Assembly (NCBI GenBank): GCA_965223425.1
Contig: OZ245003.1
Span: forward strand, 1,088,001-1,152,000
From: Nitrosopumilus sp.
Lineage (GTDB): Archaea > Thermoproteota > Nitrososphaeria > Nitrososphaerales > Nitrosopumilaceae
Reading direction: 5' to 3'
Length of the DNA: 64,000 nt
Shown: in pieces, positions 9,889-20,101 of the stretch
Layout of the letters: the number at the start of each line of letters is the position of its first letter
Numbering within the stretch: the first letter of the stretch is position 1
Program-made: the position numbers and the translations under genes
The notes under the pieces: model-generated
What the model was told of the DNA's origin: nothing
Databases searched by the model: none
What the model saw: the letters and a program-made list of their open reading frames with translations, nothing else

Positions 9889-10835
9889 GTGCGTCTTACA
9901 TCTCCCAAAGTTTATGCCATACCGGAGATACGACACAAAGATGATATCAAAATTCTTGATCGCATATACAGAAGCCACGGATGTGTGCAGAACGGCTTGG
10001 ATAATGGGAAATATACGATTGGATTCATACGAGAGTTTGATAGGGATAATGATAGCAATTTGTTTAGACAGGACGGCAAGGGATGGTCATTAGTGGAAGG
10101 CAAAAACTTTCATCAGTTTATTCCAGATTATTTGCAATCAGAGTTTACCATATTATCAAAAGAAGGACTAGATAAAACAAAAACGAAGAAAGATTATGAA
10201 AATAAAACCCAAGATATACATGATCATGCGATACCTGTGTTTAGAAAAGTAGCAAGCTCTACAAATATACGAACCATGATATCATGCATAATTCCACCAC
10301 ATAGATTTTTTTCAGATAGTTGTCCGGTATTAACTCTAACATGCAATAATAGAATAATTCTCGGAAAAGAATATGGCCAGAAAATTCTTTACCTTGCAGC
10401 CGATTCAATTCCATGACTTTTGACTACTTGATACGACTTCGTGCCAATATGAATTTGAACTTCTTCATAGTGAATAGTATTGCAATCCCAAGCAATACAG
10501 ATTCACCGTTGGCGCAACAAATAATCAATCTTTCAGGTATGCTTACTATGCAAGATGAGGATTTTGCAAAGATGACAAAAGATCTTGGATGCAAAACAAA
10601 GAAATTGAATATGCGTCAACGGATAAGAATAACCGCAGAGCTAGACGCTCTTGCAGCACATCATTATGGCCTTGATAGGAAACAGTACGAATACATTGTA
10701 CAGACCTTTGGTCAGAATCAACACGGTGGCAATCTTGACGATGCGTCAGAATGGAACGACGACACTATACGTATCTTCAATCATGAGGTGAGGAAGCAGG
10801 TTATGAAATTTTATGATACACAAACATCAATGTAA
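9889..10835 (+). pseudogene. C-terminal remnant of a type IIG (Eco57I-like) restriction-modification enzyme
   Basis: SPKVYAIPEI, LVEGKNFHQF, FRKVASSTNIRTMI, then FNSMTFDYLIR after a frameshift near 10400, then AELDALAAHHYGL. No methyltransferase core is present. Confidence 0.7.
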
Positions 10836-10847
10836 ATGCAGTGTATA

Positions 10848-11956
10848 TAGTGTCAATCAAAAGTTTTTGAGAGTGAGCGACCTTCTACAGATAAACTTCA
10901 TCGCATCAAGCTTGGGACGGGCTGTCCTGAAATATTCTGACATTGCATGGCGCATGTGCACAACCGTAGCGTAATATTCAGATACCGACACGTCCCGTTT
11001 TGCCTGATGCCAGTACTCCTCAACTACACTGAGCTCAGGCGTTGCAGTCGGAAGCCATATTGTCCTGACATCGGGGTTGCCTGCAAGAAACTCTTTTACA
11101 ATCCTTGCCTTGTGCTGCGGCGCGTTGTCCATGATGATTGTCACCTTGCCAAAATGACTTGTCATCTCCCTGATGTATTGCAGAACCGTCTCCTTGTCAA
11201 ACCTGTCATATGTCCTAAAGAACTGCCTGCCGTCTGTCGCAATGGAGCCGTATGCCACCACCCTCCTGCCGTACCGTCCCTTGTATGTCGTTGTGATTGG
11301 CTCCCCTTTTGGTGACCAGTACTTTGCGCCACTTGCAGGATCGTCGATGAATATCGATTCGTCAAAAACGACAGTTGTAAAACCCTTCAATTCCAGGCGT
11401 GAAATCCGCCTTTTTGCATTGTGTTGCCACCTTTTGATTTTGTCAATTTCTGCCCTGCTGATGTGGATGCGCTGAGCCGTCTTGGCAGACATTCCAAGCT
11501 TGTGCATTATCTTTCTGATGCTGGTTATGTGGTATTTTACTTTGAATCTTTTTTGTATGTCGCTTTTGAGTCTTTTTGGCGTAATAATGCCGCTGCTGTT
11601 TGCATCTGATACAACCCTTGCAATCTTGTCCAACCGAACCTTTGGCGGCCTGCCTGTCTTTGGAAGATCCCGGAGGGCGTCTATGCCGCCCTTCTCCTCC
11701 TTGAAGCGTTCCACCCAGAAGGACACCCAGTTGGGGCACTGCATGAGCGAGTCTGCCACATGTTGAATGCTTTCATTGTTCATGCATACCATGTTTACGG
11801 CCGCCATTCTGATCTTGACACGAGGGTTCTTCTCCCTCTTGTACGCTTTCTTCAGGTCTTCGGATTTTACTGTGGGCATTGTAATGCGTGGTGCGGCGTG
11901 ATCAAAATGTATTTCTGTCTAACATATTTGATCTCAAGAACTTTTGCTCTAGACTA
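10848..11956 (-). mobile_element. IS630-family element C, copy 1
   Basis: Ends tagtgtcaatcaaaagtttttgag / ctcaagaacttttgctctagacta; TA on both flanks; near-identical copy at 57201-58306. Confidence 0.9.
10857..11879 (-). CDS. IS630-family transposase
   Basis: GRPPK, FDES, MDNAPQH and LPTATPELSVVE motifs. Confidence 0.9.
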   Translation of the reverse strand: MPTVKSEDLKKAYKREKNPRVKIRMAAVNMVCMNNESIQHVADSLMQCPNWVSFWVERFKEEKGGIDALRDLPKTGRPPKVRLDKIARVVSDANSSGIITPKRLKSDIQKRFKVKYHITSIRKIMHKLGMSAKTAQRIHISRAEIDKIKRWQHNAKRRISRLELKGFTTVVFDESIFIDDPASGAKYWSPKGEPITTTYKGRYGRRVVAYGSIATDGRQFFRTYDRFDKETVLQYIREMTSHFGKVTIIMDNAPQHKARIVKEFLAGNPDVRTIWLPTATPELSVVEEYWHQAKRDVSVSEYYATVVHMRHAMSEYFRTARPKLDAMKFICRRSLTLKNF

Positions 11957-11972
11957 TAGTAAACATGCATAT

Positions 11973-12305
11973 TTACAAAAATACGTTTCCCTTTGAATCT
12001 AATGTCATTGTTTGTTTTACGATCAGATCAATTAATCGCTGTCGATTCTTCCATCTTTCTGACAGTTTGGAAGAGTCAAAACTGTGTACACGTATTATTT
12101 GTTTTAATACGATAATACTAAGAGACTCTAACTTCTTTCGTAGTAATACCTCTCCACCCTCGGCAACCAAATCGAACAAGTTGATTTCAGGTTTAGCAAC
12201 CTTGTTTGATTTTTGTTTAGATTGCAAAAAATCGGGATTTCTCTCTATTTCATCTGCCAACGAACGCAAAAGATTTGCCACCTTCTGCTCTACACCTTGA
12301 CTCAT
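11973..12305 (-). CDS. Hypothetical protein coupled to a ParA-like ATPase
   Basis: 110-aa helical ORF with a 4-nt overlap to the parA-like gene. Confidence 0.7.
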   Translation of the reverse strand: MSQGVEQKVANLLRSLADEIERNPDFLQSKQKSNKVAKPEINLFDLVAEGGEVLLRKKLESLSIIVLKQIIRVHSFDSSKLSERWKNRQRLIDLIVKQTMTLDSKGNVFL

Positions 12306-13162
12306 TTGATCCTCTCCAGAAACTCGTTTGTTAAATTGTCATATATCTCAAACATTTTACCACCACCATACTTTTGTTTTAATGTATTTGATATTGAATT
12401 GGAGTTTACAGCATCTGCGACTTTTACGGTAAGCGGTACAACAGTTTCATAAACCGGTGGATATTCATCGTTTTGCGCCTTGGTTTTCAACATACTCGTA
12501 ATAGTTTTATGTGTATTACTTTGTTTTCTATACATTGAAATTATTATGCCAATAGGTTTAATTTTCAGGTCTCCCTGCTTTGCAAAATCCTTTACTCTGC
12601 CAATTATCTGTGGAATGCCATAGGTTGAAAGTCTATCTGGAATCGTAGGAATGAGATAAAAATCCGATATATACAATCCATTTAGCGTTATTATTCCTAG
12701 ATTTGGTGGGCAGTCAACTAATATGTAATCATACTCTTGCATTATTGGAGATATTGCATTTTTAAGAATAGTGACTGGATTACTCAAGTAAAAGTCACCC
12801 GCAGGGATCGTGGATAGTGAGTCTTGCATTTCTATTAATCCCAAACTGGATGGTAACAAGTCCAAGTTTTTTATTCCTTTGCCTATATTGGAAACTTGTT
12901 TTACTATTGCATTTTTAATGTTAAATTTTGATTTGTTATCAAGTTTGTCTTTGAACAACTGTAGAAGAGTCTCCCCTTTTTCGTTTTTCTTTTCCCATAC
13001 CTCTTCTTTTATTAAAGCTACAGTAGCATTAGTTTGTGGATCAAGATCAATTACAAGGATTTTTTTGTTATGTTGCATACTTAGAAATTCAGCGAGAGCT
13101 ATGGTGGTCTGAGTTTTCCCAACTCCTCCTTTCAAATTAATAGTACTAATTATTCTAACCAA
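12302..13162 (-). CDS. ParA/Soj-family ATPase
   Basis: KGGVGKT deviant Walker A, IDLDPQ and VDCPP. Confidence 0.9.
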   Translation of the reverse strand: MVRIISTINLKGGVGKTQTTIALAEFLSMQHNKKILVIDLDPQTNATVALIKEEVWEKKNEKGETLLQLFKDKLDNKSKFNIKNAIVKQVSNIGKGIKNLDLLPSSLGLIEMQDSLSTIPAGDFYLSNPVTILKNAISPIMQEYDYILVDCPPNLGIITLNGLYISDFYLIPTIPDRLSTYGIPQIIGRVKDFAKQGDLKIKPIGIIISMYRKQSNTHKTITSMLKTKAQNDEYPPVYETVVPLTVKVADAVNSNSISNTLKQKYGGGKMFEIYDNLTNEFLERIK

Positions 13163-13494
13163 TATTTGTGATACAATCTGTTGAAATTTTAACCTTATGT
13201 ATTAGAAATCAATATCGATACAAAACCACGTTATTATGACTTAGATATTGAAGTGTTATATACAACAACATTTTAGAATGGAAATGTTACTTTGCAGGTA
13301 TGAATTCATCTACCCTGCCTAATCAAAAAATTTGATCATCTGATCCATATATTGCCTGCTTGCTACCATTTTCATGGGGTCGTACCCTCATTGATCTGTT
13401 TGCATTTTGTAGCCGATTTGGCCTGAATTAGAGCAGATTTCGCTTAGCTGTTTTTCGATTTACAGTTATTAAAGGGGATTTTATTATGCTCGAT

Positions 13495-13950
13495 ATGCCT
13501 AGTCATCAAGATCAAGTGTGGGTGAGACTATGGAAACAAAATGCTCCAGAACTGCGTGAACGTATAGTTGGCTGGCGTAAACAAAATGCCATTACTAGAA
13601 TTGAAAAACCAAGCAGACTACAAAGAGCTAGAAGACTAGGTTACAAAGCAAAACAAGGTATTGTTGTTGTAAGAATGAGAGTTGGAACCGGCGGCATGAG
13701 AAAACAAAGGCCTACTGGTGGAAGACGACCAAAACACCTCGGCGTTACAAGAATCAAGGCTGATGACAATATGAAAACGGTTGCAGAAAGAAGAGTTCTT
13801 GAGAGATATCCAAACATGAAACTTTTGGGTTCTTATTTTATCTACAAAGATGGAAAGCATTATTGGTTTGAAGTTATCTTGGCAGATCCACAGCATCCAA
13901 GAATTGCTCAAGATAAAGAATTAAACAAACGTGTACCCCAAGCTGCCTAA
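13495..13950 (+). CDS. rpl15e: 50S ribosomal protein L15e
   Basis: RARRLGYKAKQG, GRRPKHLG and WFEVILADP. Confidence 0.95.
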   Translation: MPSHQDQVWVRLWKQNAPELRERIVGWRKQNAITRIEKPSRLQRARRLGYKAKQGIVVVRMRVGTGGMRKQRPTGGRRPKHLGVTRIKADDNMKTVAERRVLERYPNMKLLGSYFIYKDGKHYWFEVILADPQHPRIAQDKELNKRVPQAA

Positions 13951-14506
13951 ATTGAAACTATCTTTAGCCATTCCATTATTGCTTTTAGTAGCCGCTCCCG
14001 CTTTTGGCCAGTTACTTTCTGATCAAACCGGTCTTGTCAATAGATTTGATGTTGAAACAAGCGGTCATACCTTTGAAGTAAAAATTGTCTCAAATTTTGA
14101 TGTTACAGAACATGAGTTTGATAAAGACAAAAAAAGACTAACAGTTCTCATTTCCAGCAGTCTGGAAAATAACTTGGGTGAAATCATCATGCCTGCTAGT
14201 CTTTTGGGAGGTAATCTCACATTTTACCTTAACGGGGAAGAACATTTCCCCAAAGTAAATTCTAATGCGGAAATTTCTTTTGTCACTCTGAATTTTACAG
14301 GCTCTGGAGATAACAAACTAGAGATATTTGGAACAGTCTACCTTGATGGTTTGACTGACAGGGATGAGATTGAACAAAACATTCGAACAGCTATACAAAA
14401 AGGAGAAACTCTTGATGATTCCTTGGGATTGTGGGCCTTGGTAGGGTCTTTGGTTGTTGTTGCAGCATTTATCATAATGAAGATAAAGAAACGAAAACAT
14501 GGATAA
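13931..14506 (+). CDS. Secreted, membrane-anchored hypothetical protein (PEFG-like domain)
   Basis: Signal peptide ending ...APAFG; C-terminal TM helix with a basic tail. Confidence 0.7.
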   Translation: MYPKLPKLKLSLAIPLLLLVAAPAFGQLLSDQTGLVNRFDVETSGHTFEVKIVSNFDVTEHEFDKDKKRLTVLISSSLENNLGEIIMPASLLGGNLTFYLNGEEHFPKVNSNAEISFVTLNFTGSGDNKLEIFGTVYLDGLTDRDEIEQNIRTAIQKGETLDDSLGLWALVGSLVVVAAFIIMKIKKRKHG

Positions 14507-14579
14507 TCCAAAAATTGCGCTAATTGCTGGGTTTGTTGTTGCAGTTGCTCTATCTGTTGCAGTTGTTTTGATACGATGA
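14499..14579 (+). CDS. Small single-TM peptide (MDNPKIALIAGFVVAVALSVAVVLIR)
   Basis: 26-aa ORF read by hand; overlaps the upstream stop and fills the gap to the convergent gene. Confidence 0.5.
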   Translation: MDNPKIALIAGFVVAVALSVAVVLIR

Positions 14580-14580
14580 T

Positions 14581-15246
14581 TTAGTCTTCTTTGAGTAATT
14601 TTTGAATCATTGCTTCAGCGTGTCCTGACTGTCCAAATGACACATCCCTGAGAATTCCTTTTCTATCCACCAAAATTGTTGATGGCGTTCCTTGCAGAGA
14701 AAATTTTTCAAATGTTTCAGCTGAAAGCTCTTTTGATTTCATGTAATCTCTGACTCTTTGAATTATCTGATTTCTGTAATCTTCTGGCTGTGAGTCAAAT
14801 TCAGGAATTTGTGGATAGATAAACTGCATAATTTTTTCTTGACTTATCTCTCCTGTGGTTTTTGTTAGGTTATCCATTCCTACCGGAAATGGAATTTTGT
14901 ATGACAGCCTGTTTCCATCCTGCAGCTGTCCGTATGTTGATAGTGCATTTTTTGTCTCTCCAATCACTTCCCCTGTTTCTACAAGCATTTTCAAATTTTC
15001 CAGTGTATTTTTATCAAAATCTTCAAAGGCAGTTGCAATACCCAAAACTCGCACTCCTTCATCTTTGTATTTGTTGTAGATGTTGATTGCCTCTGGAATT
15101 GCATGCATAAAACAGCCCGGGCAGTTAACTTGGAAGACATCCACTAAAACAACATGATCTTTTTCTTGGTCAAAATTAGTTGGAGCGCCTTGTACCCACT
15201 CTGAAACTCCCAAATTTGGTGCCCTTTCACCTACTATTGTACTCAC
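14581..15246 (-). CDS. Thioredoxin-fold redoxin (TlpA/AhpC-like)
   Basis: FQVNCPGC and GTPSTILVDRKG. Confidence 0.85.
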   Translation of the reverse strand: MSTIVGERAPNLGVSEWVQGAPTNFDQEKDHVVLVDVFQVNCPGCFMHAIPEAINIYNKYKDEGVRVLGIATAFEDFDKNTLENLKMLVETGEVIGETKNALSTYGQLQDGNRLSYKIPFPVGMDNLTKTTGEISQEKIMQFIYPQIPEFDSQPEDYRNQIIQRVRDYMKSKELSAETFEKFSLQGTPSTILVDRKGILRDVSFGQSGHAEAMIQKLLKED

Positions 15247-15304
15247 AACAAATTACCATATTTTTTCCATTAAATACATACCTCAGCTGATTTTGAAATT
15301 TCTA

Positions 15305-15392
15305 CAGCTAAGCGAAGTGATTAAGGAACCACTATCATGTGCAGAACCAAACCGCTGATCTGATCTCAGATTTGAGGCATTTCGCTTAACTG
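15305..15392. mobile_element. Putative 88-bp MITE
   Basis: IR cagctaagcgaagtg / catttcgcttaactg (13 of 15 match). The same end (tttcgcttagctg) occurs at 13438-13450. No clear TSD. Confidence 0.5.
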
Positions 15393-15437
15393 ATCTCTCG
15401 AGTAACCTAATATAGGACACAGAAAATTTCAAAACAA

Positions 15438-15926
15438 TTGCAGGCTGTAACTGAGGATAGATTGACGCTTTTTGCTGAAATGGAGGCAAAATATGGGCAA
15501 AAAGATACCAACTATTTTGTCTCTCTTTTAGAACACCCTGATTATGTGATTAGAACAAGAGCTACCTGTATTTTAGTTGATTTTGGTGGAGAAGACAAGA
15601 TTCCATATATTGCTAAAGTTTTAAAAAATGATGAAAATGAATTGGTGCGACATGAGGCTGCATTCTCGCTAGGCCAGATGTGCTATTCTAGTGCAATACC
15701 TCCCCTAACTGATGCAACACTTGATGATCCAAGTATGTTTGTACGACATGAAGCTGCAATTGCTTTAGGCGTTGTCGGTTCAAAAGAAGCAAAAGAGACC
15801 CTAAAAAAAGCATTAAACGATCCTGATAAATCAGTAGTTGAATCAGCAGTCATTGCTTTGTCTAATATTCAATTTATGGAAAAGTTAAGTAAGAACGAAA
15901 AGTTTGCAAAGTTAACAGGTGGATGA
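15438..15926 (+). CDS. HEAT-repeat (PBS lyase-like) protein
   Basis: Repeated VRHEAAxxLG motifs. Confidence 0.85.
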   Translation: MQAVTEDRLTLFAEMEAKYGQKDTNYFVSLLEHPDYVIRTRATCILVDFGGEDKIPYIAKVLKNDENELVRHEAAFSLGQMCYSSAIPPLTDATLDDPSMFVRHEAAIALGVVGSKEAKETLKKALNDPDKSVVESAVIALSNIQFMEKLSKNEKFAKLTGG

Positions 15927-16773
15927 GATGAATTTTTCTTATGGAGTTATTGCTGCAGTTGGTGTCCTTGTTGCAATATCTTTAGGATTGATTGCAGCTG
16001 CTCCCGGTGATGTTATAGAACCAAGACCCGTTCTTGCTAAAGAAATTTCTGTTAATTCTCACATTTTACCTAAAACTGCAATTGTGGGTGATGTTTTACT
16101 TGTTGAAGTTGAATTCAGAGATGATGGCAGAAAAATTGTTGATCATGTAAATTATGATATATCTGCCATGCAAGACGGAAACACAATTCTTTCAGAACCT
16201 GGTTCCCATAGACATTTTGGCATGCATCCAATTCATGAAACTGCTGTGTTGAGTGAATCTTTGCTAGAAATTCAGGTTACTCTGCAAGGTTTAGGCCATG
16301 GTGATGACATCTCTGAACCAAAGGGAATTGTAACTACTATGACTGTTACACCAGAACCAATGGAAGAGGCCATGGAGCCCGAATCAGAACCCGAACCAAT
16401 GGAAGAGGCCATGGAGCCCGAATCAGAACCCGAACCAATGGAAGAGGCCATGGAGCCCGAATCCATGTCTGAATCTACAATATCAGCAATTTCAATTCCC
16501 AAAGGTGTTGGTAGTAGAGGATGTGAAATAACAACATCCTGTTATTCCCCATATGAAATTACTGTGACAGTTGGAACAGCAATCACTTGGAGCAATGATG
16601 ACATCACTGTACACACTGTTACAAGTGGAAAGAAGCTAGTTCACGATGAATTGTTTGATTCTGGTGTAATGATGCCAAAAACATCTTTTGATTTGACATT
16701 TTATGATGCAGGAACTTTTGATTACTTTTGTATAGTCCATCCTTGGATGACTGGAATTGTTAATGTTAACTAA
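15919..16773 (+). CDS. Blue copper (plastocyanin/cupredoxin) domain protein
   Basis: HTVTSG and YFCIVHPWMTG type-1 Cu site; N-terminal TM helix. Confidence 0.85.
   Translation: MDEMNFSYGVIAAVGVLVAISLGLIAAAPGDVIEPRPVLAKEISVNSHILPKTAIVGDVLLVEVEFRDDGRKIVDHVNYDISAMQDGNTILSEPGSHRHFGMHPIHETAVLSESLLEIQVTLQGLGHGDDISEPKGIVTTMTVTPEPMEEAMEPESEPEPMEEAMEPESEPEPMEEAMEPESMSESTISAISIPKGVGSRGCEITTSCYSPYEITVTVGTAITWSNDDITVHTVTSGKKLVHDELFDSGVMMPKTSFDLTFYDAGTFDYFCIVHPWMTGIVNVN
16354..16463 (+). repeat. 39-bp tandem repeat (~2.8 units, EPMEEAMEPESEP)
   Basis: gaaccaatggaagaggccatggagcccgaatcagaaccc is repeated in frame. Confidence 0.9.
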
Positions 16774-16892
16774 ACTACAATAGTATCTTAAAAATGTCAA
16801 ACTACACAAATACATCAAAAACAAACAAGTCTATTCTGGAATTGTTTACAGTAGAGTGACCAGAATCTGCTCCAGTTCGTGTTTTTGTATAA

Positions 16893-18962
16893 TTAAATAG
16901 CGATAACTTTACTTCCTTGTTCAGATGATTCAAACTTGTAAATTCTCTCAACAGTTGAATCCTCAAAGATTTCAGCCTCATGTGTGATTATCAAAAACTG
17001 CATTGGTGTTTGTGAATTTGAAATGTTTGATAATTGAGACAACACCCCTACCAGAGATTTTTTCCTCTCAGTATCCAGATGAGTTGTAGGCTCATCAAGT
17101 ATCATTAAATTGAGATTTGACGCTCCAAGAAGACTTGCCATGCCTAGTCTTAAGGCTAATGCAACACTTACTTTTTCTCCTCCACTAAGTGATTCCAATT
17201 CTAATACTTGGTTTTTTGAATAACAAGTAATGGAGATGTCTCTTGTTTTTTCCGTTAGTAAAATTCTCTGAATTTTTGTGTTAAGTAATGTAAGATGTTC
17301 TGAGGCTTTAGCAGAAATTGTATTTAGCGCCCATGATCTAAGACTTGTTGCAACAGGACCATCTCTACTAAACACATTGGTTTGAATTTTATCAAGATTT
17401 GTTACGTATTGTCTTACAACTCTCAGCTTTGGAATTGCATTTTGAATTTCTTTGACTTGCTTTTCCCCATTAGAAATCTTTTCTGAAATTGCGCCTCTCT
17501 GCTGGTCTATGTCAGAAAGTTCCGTCTGTTTCTGTTCTACTAATTTTTTAAGATTTGTAAACTCTTGTTCATTAAACCCCCTAGTCTCCGTCTCTAGTTT
17601 TGAAATATTCTCAAAAATCATTTTTGCATGAGAATCTATCTGCGATATCTCTAGTAGATTCCCGTTAGTTAACGGAATTTTTTGTTTCTTTATCTCTGTG
17701 TCTTCTTGGATTTTCTTTAATTCGTCTTGTGTCCCAATAGAATATGCTCTAAGTGTCGCTTCTGCCCCTTTTGCGTCTTGTAATTTCTCTGAAAACTCTT
17801 TCTTTTTTTGATTGTACACATCTCTTTCTTTTTCTATTAAAACAATTTTTTCTTTTAGTGATGTTATTTCTTGTTTGAGATGCTCTTCTTGAAATAGCGG
17901 GTTTAGTTTCTCAACATCTGAATCACATACAGGGCATTTGTTGTCTTTAAGCTGTAGTTTTGATGCAAGTGACTGTTTTTCTTTTAGCGACGCAGTCTGA
18001 CTTGTCATCGCCTGGATTTTCTTTAATGCATCATCAATTGCCTGTTCTGTTCTTTGGATTTTTGACTCCAAATCCTCTCTTAGGTTAACATGCTCAAAAC
18101 AGCCCTCACAGTCACGTATTTTACGCTCATTTTCGTCAATTTCACGCTGAATTTCATGGACTGCATTTTTTGCATATTCTACAAGTTCTTTTTTTCTTGA
18201 TTCCAGTTGATCGATTTTGTCAATTTTTGGAGTTTCTGTTTCAACTTTTTTTCGCAGTTCATCAACTTTTATTTTTAATTTTTCTTGTTTTGTTTCTAAT
18301 TGCTCTTTCTCAGGTTTTGCATCTTCAATTCCTTTCTGCCATTTTTCTAAATCTCCTGATAAAGTTTCAATATGCGTATCATCATATCCTATTTTTTCTC
18401 TTATATTTTCACGAAATTCTTTGTTTACTGTTTTCATTGATTCTGATGCCACATCAAGCTTGTCAATCCCTATAATCGCATTAAGCAATTCTTTGAATTC
18501 TTTTGGTTTTGCGTTAATTATTGCATTTAACTCCCCCTGCTGAACAATTGATGCTATCTTTAGTTTTTCAAAATCAAGACCGATAGTTTTCTCAACTTCT
18601 TGAGTCATTGATTCGCCAAACTGCTTTCTTTCGCCTGCTGCAATTTCAACGCGTTCATCATCATCGCTTATTTCAGAAAATTTAGCCGCTAGAGTTCCTT
18701 TGCTGTCTATCTTTCTTACAGCTTCGTACTGTTTGCCATTAATCGAAAATCCCACTTTTGCAAATCCTTGATTTGTTCCACGTTTGATCAAGCTCTTGTT
18801 TGATTTTCTTGTATGTCGCCCAAACAACGCAAATGTAATTGCGTCAATTGTACTTGATTTCCCTGCACCATTGTCTCCTACAAAAACAGTGACTCCATTT
18901 TCAAATTCTAGTTTAGTATTTGAGTGTGCCAGAAAATCTCCCAACTCTATTGACGTGATCAT
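16893..18962 (-). CDS. rad50: Rad50 SMC-like ATPase
   Basis: GDNGAGKS, CPVC zinc hook, LSGGE and ILDEPT. Confidence 0.95.
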   Translation of the reverse strand: MITSIELGDFLAHSNTKLEFENGVTVFVGDNGAGKSSTIDAITFALFGRHTRKSNKSLIKRGTNQGFAKVGFSINGKQYEAVRKIDSKGTLAAKFSEISDDDERVEIAAGERKQFGESMTQEVEKTIGLDFEKLKIASIVQQGELNAIINAKPKEFKELLNAIIGIDKLDVASESMKTVNKEFRENIREKIGYDDTHIETLSGDLEKWQKGIEDAKPEKEQLETKQEKLKIKVDELRKKVETETPKIDKIDQLESRKKELVEYAKNAVHEIQREIDENERKIRDCEGCFEHVNLREDLESKIQRTEQAIDDALKKIQAMTSQTASLKEKQSLASKLQLKDNKCPVCDSDVEKLNPLFQEEHLKQEITSLKEKIVLIEKERDVYNQKKKEFSEKLQDAKGAEATLRAYSIGTQDELKKIQEDTEIKKQKIPLTNGNLLEISQIDSHAKMIFENISKLETETRGFNEQEFTNLKKLVEQKQTELSDIDQQRGAISEKISNGEKQVKEIQNAIPKLRVVRQYVTNLDKIQTNVFSRDGPVATSLRSWALNTISAKASEHLTLLNTKIQRILLTEKTRDISITCYSKNQVLELESLSGGEKVSVALALRLGMASLLGASNLNLMILDEPTTHLDTERKKSLVGVLSQLSNISNSQTPMQFLIITHEAEIFEDSTVERIYKFESSEQGSKVIAI

Positions 18963-20101
18963 TTGTTTTTCTCCTTTTTGAACTTTTCAAAATTCTCAAT
19001 AATTATTTGAGATGCTTCTTTGATTTCTCCTGATGCTAAAACTGGAAGGAGCTCCTTTATTGCAAAGCTTGCATATTGTTCAGAACCCAAGGCATCAACT
19101 GATAGCCTAAACATTTCATCATCGATAACATTTGGCCTGTCTAAGAATACTGATGAATCAGAAATCTGCTTTGTGCTTATTCTCCAAAAACATCTCAAAA
19201 CTAGTGAATTTAGCCTTGAAATTTGTGCCTGGATATGGTCTGTTTCTATGTTTTTGCCTTGAATTTTTACTTCCACAATTGGTTTTTTTCTGGAATTGGC
19301 TATTTTCTCAGAAATCTCATCCACTGTTTTTGCTAATTCTTGATATTCTGTTTTAAATGAAAACTGTGGCCTTGTTTCTAATTCAATCCAATTTGCTTTT
19401 GCCTCATCGCCAGATATGTCTACCTCAAAGAATCCTTTCTTTGTCTCTTTAATCCCTTCATTTGTTGTTGATTCAATAGAACCCGGATATGCTATCGGGC
19501 CGTTTAGGTGATTAAACTGTTTGATGTCCATGTCATGAAGATGGCCCATTGCATAGTATGTAAAATTTCTTGGCAGACCCGTTGATTGAATTTCTCCAGC
19601 AAACTTGTTGAATTCAGTGATGCCCTGATGTAAAACCAAAATTTTATGTCCAGAATGACTCTGTGCAATCTTATCCACCTCTGTAAACTTTTCTTCATAT
19701 TGTGGGATCTCTGCTTTTCTAATCTTGTCAAACCCTGCAAGCAGTATTCCTTTGTATTCAAATGGCTTTGCTTGACCGATATATTTTGAAAATTCCAAGT
19801 TGTGGTAAACATATGGAATAGGCGTGGTTCTAATTCTGCTGATATCGTGTTCGCCCAAAATGAAAAACGAATCGATGTTATTTTGCTTTAATCGTTTCAA
19901 GCCGTTTGCCATTTGAACAATTGCTGTTCCATTTGGATTGGGAACATGAAAGATATCTCCTGCAAATATTACAAAATCTACATTGTCTTTAATTGAAATA
20001 TCAATTGACTGATTAAATGCGTCATAGACATCTTGTGCACGTTCTTCTGAACCATACTGTATCAAGCCCAAATGCGTGTCTGAAATATGAGAAAATAACA
20101 T
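18959..20101 (-). CDS. mre11: Mre11 nuclease
   Basis: SDTHLG, AGDIF, GEHD and MGHLH metallophosphoesterase motifs. Confidence 0.95.
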   Translation of the reverse strand: MLFSHISDTHLGLIQYGSEERAQDVYDAFNQSIDISIKDNVDFVIFAGDIFHVPNPNGTAIVQMANGLKRLKQNNIDSFFILGEHDISRIRTTPIPYVYHNLEFSKYIGQAKPFEYKGILLAGFDKIRKAEIPQYEEKFTEVDKIAQSHSGHKILVLHQGITEFNKFAGEIQSTGLPRNFTYYAMGHLHDMDIKQFNHLNGPIAYPGSIESTTNEGIKETKKGFFEVDISGDEAKANWIELETRPQFSFKTEYQELAKTVDEISEKIANSRKKPIVEVKIQGKNIETDHIQAQISRLNSLVLRCFWRISTKQISDSSVFLDRPNVIDDEMFRLSVDALGSEQYASFAIKELLPVLASGEIKEASQIIIENFEKFKKEKNK

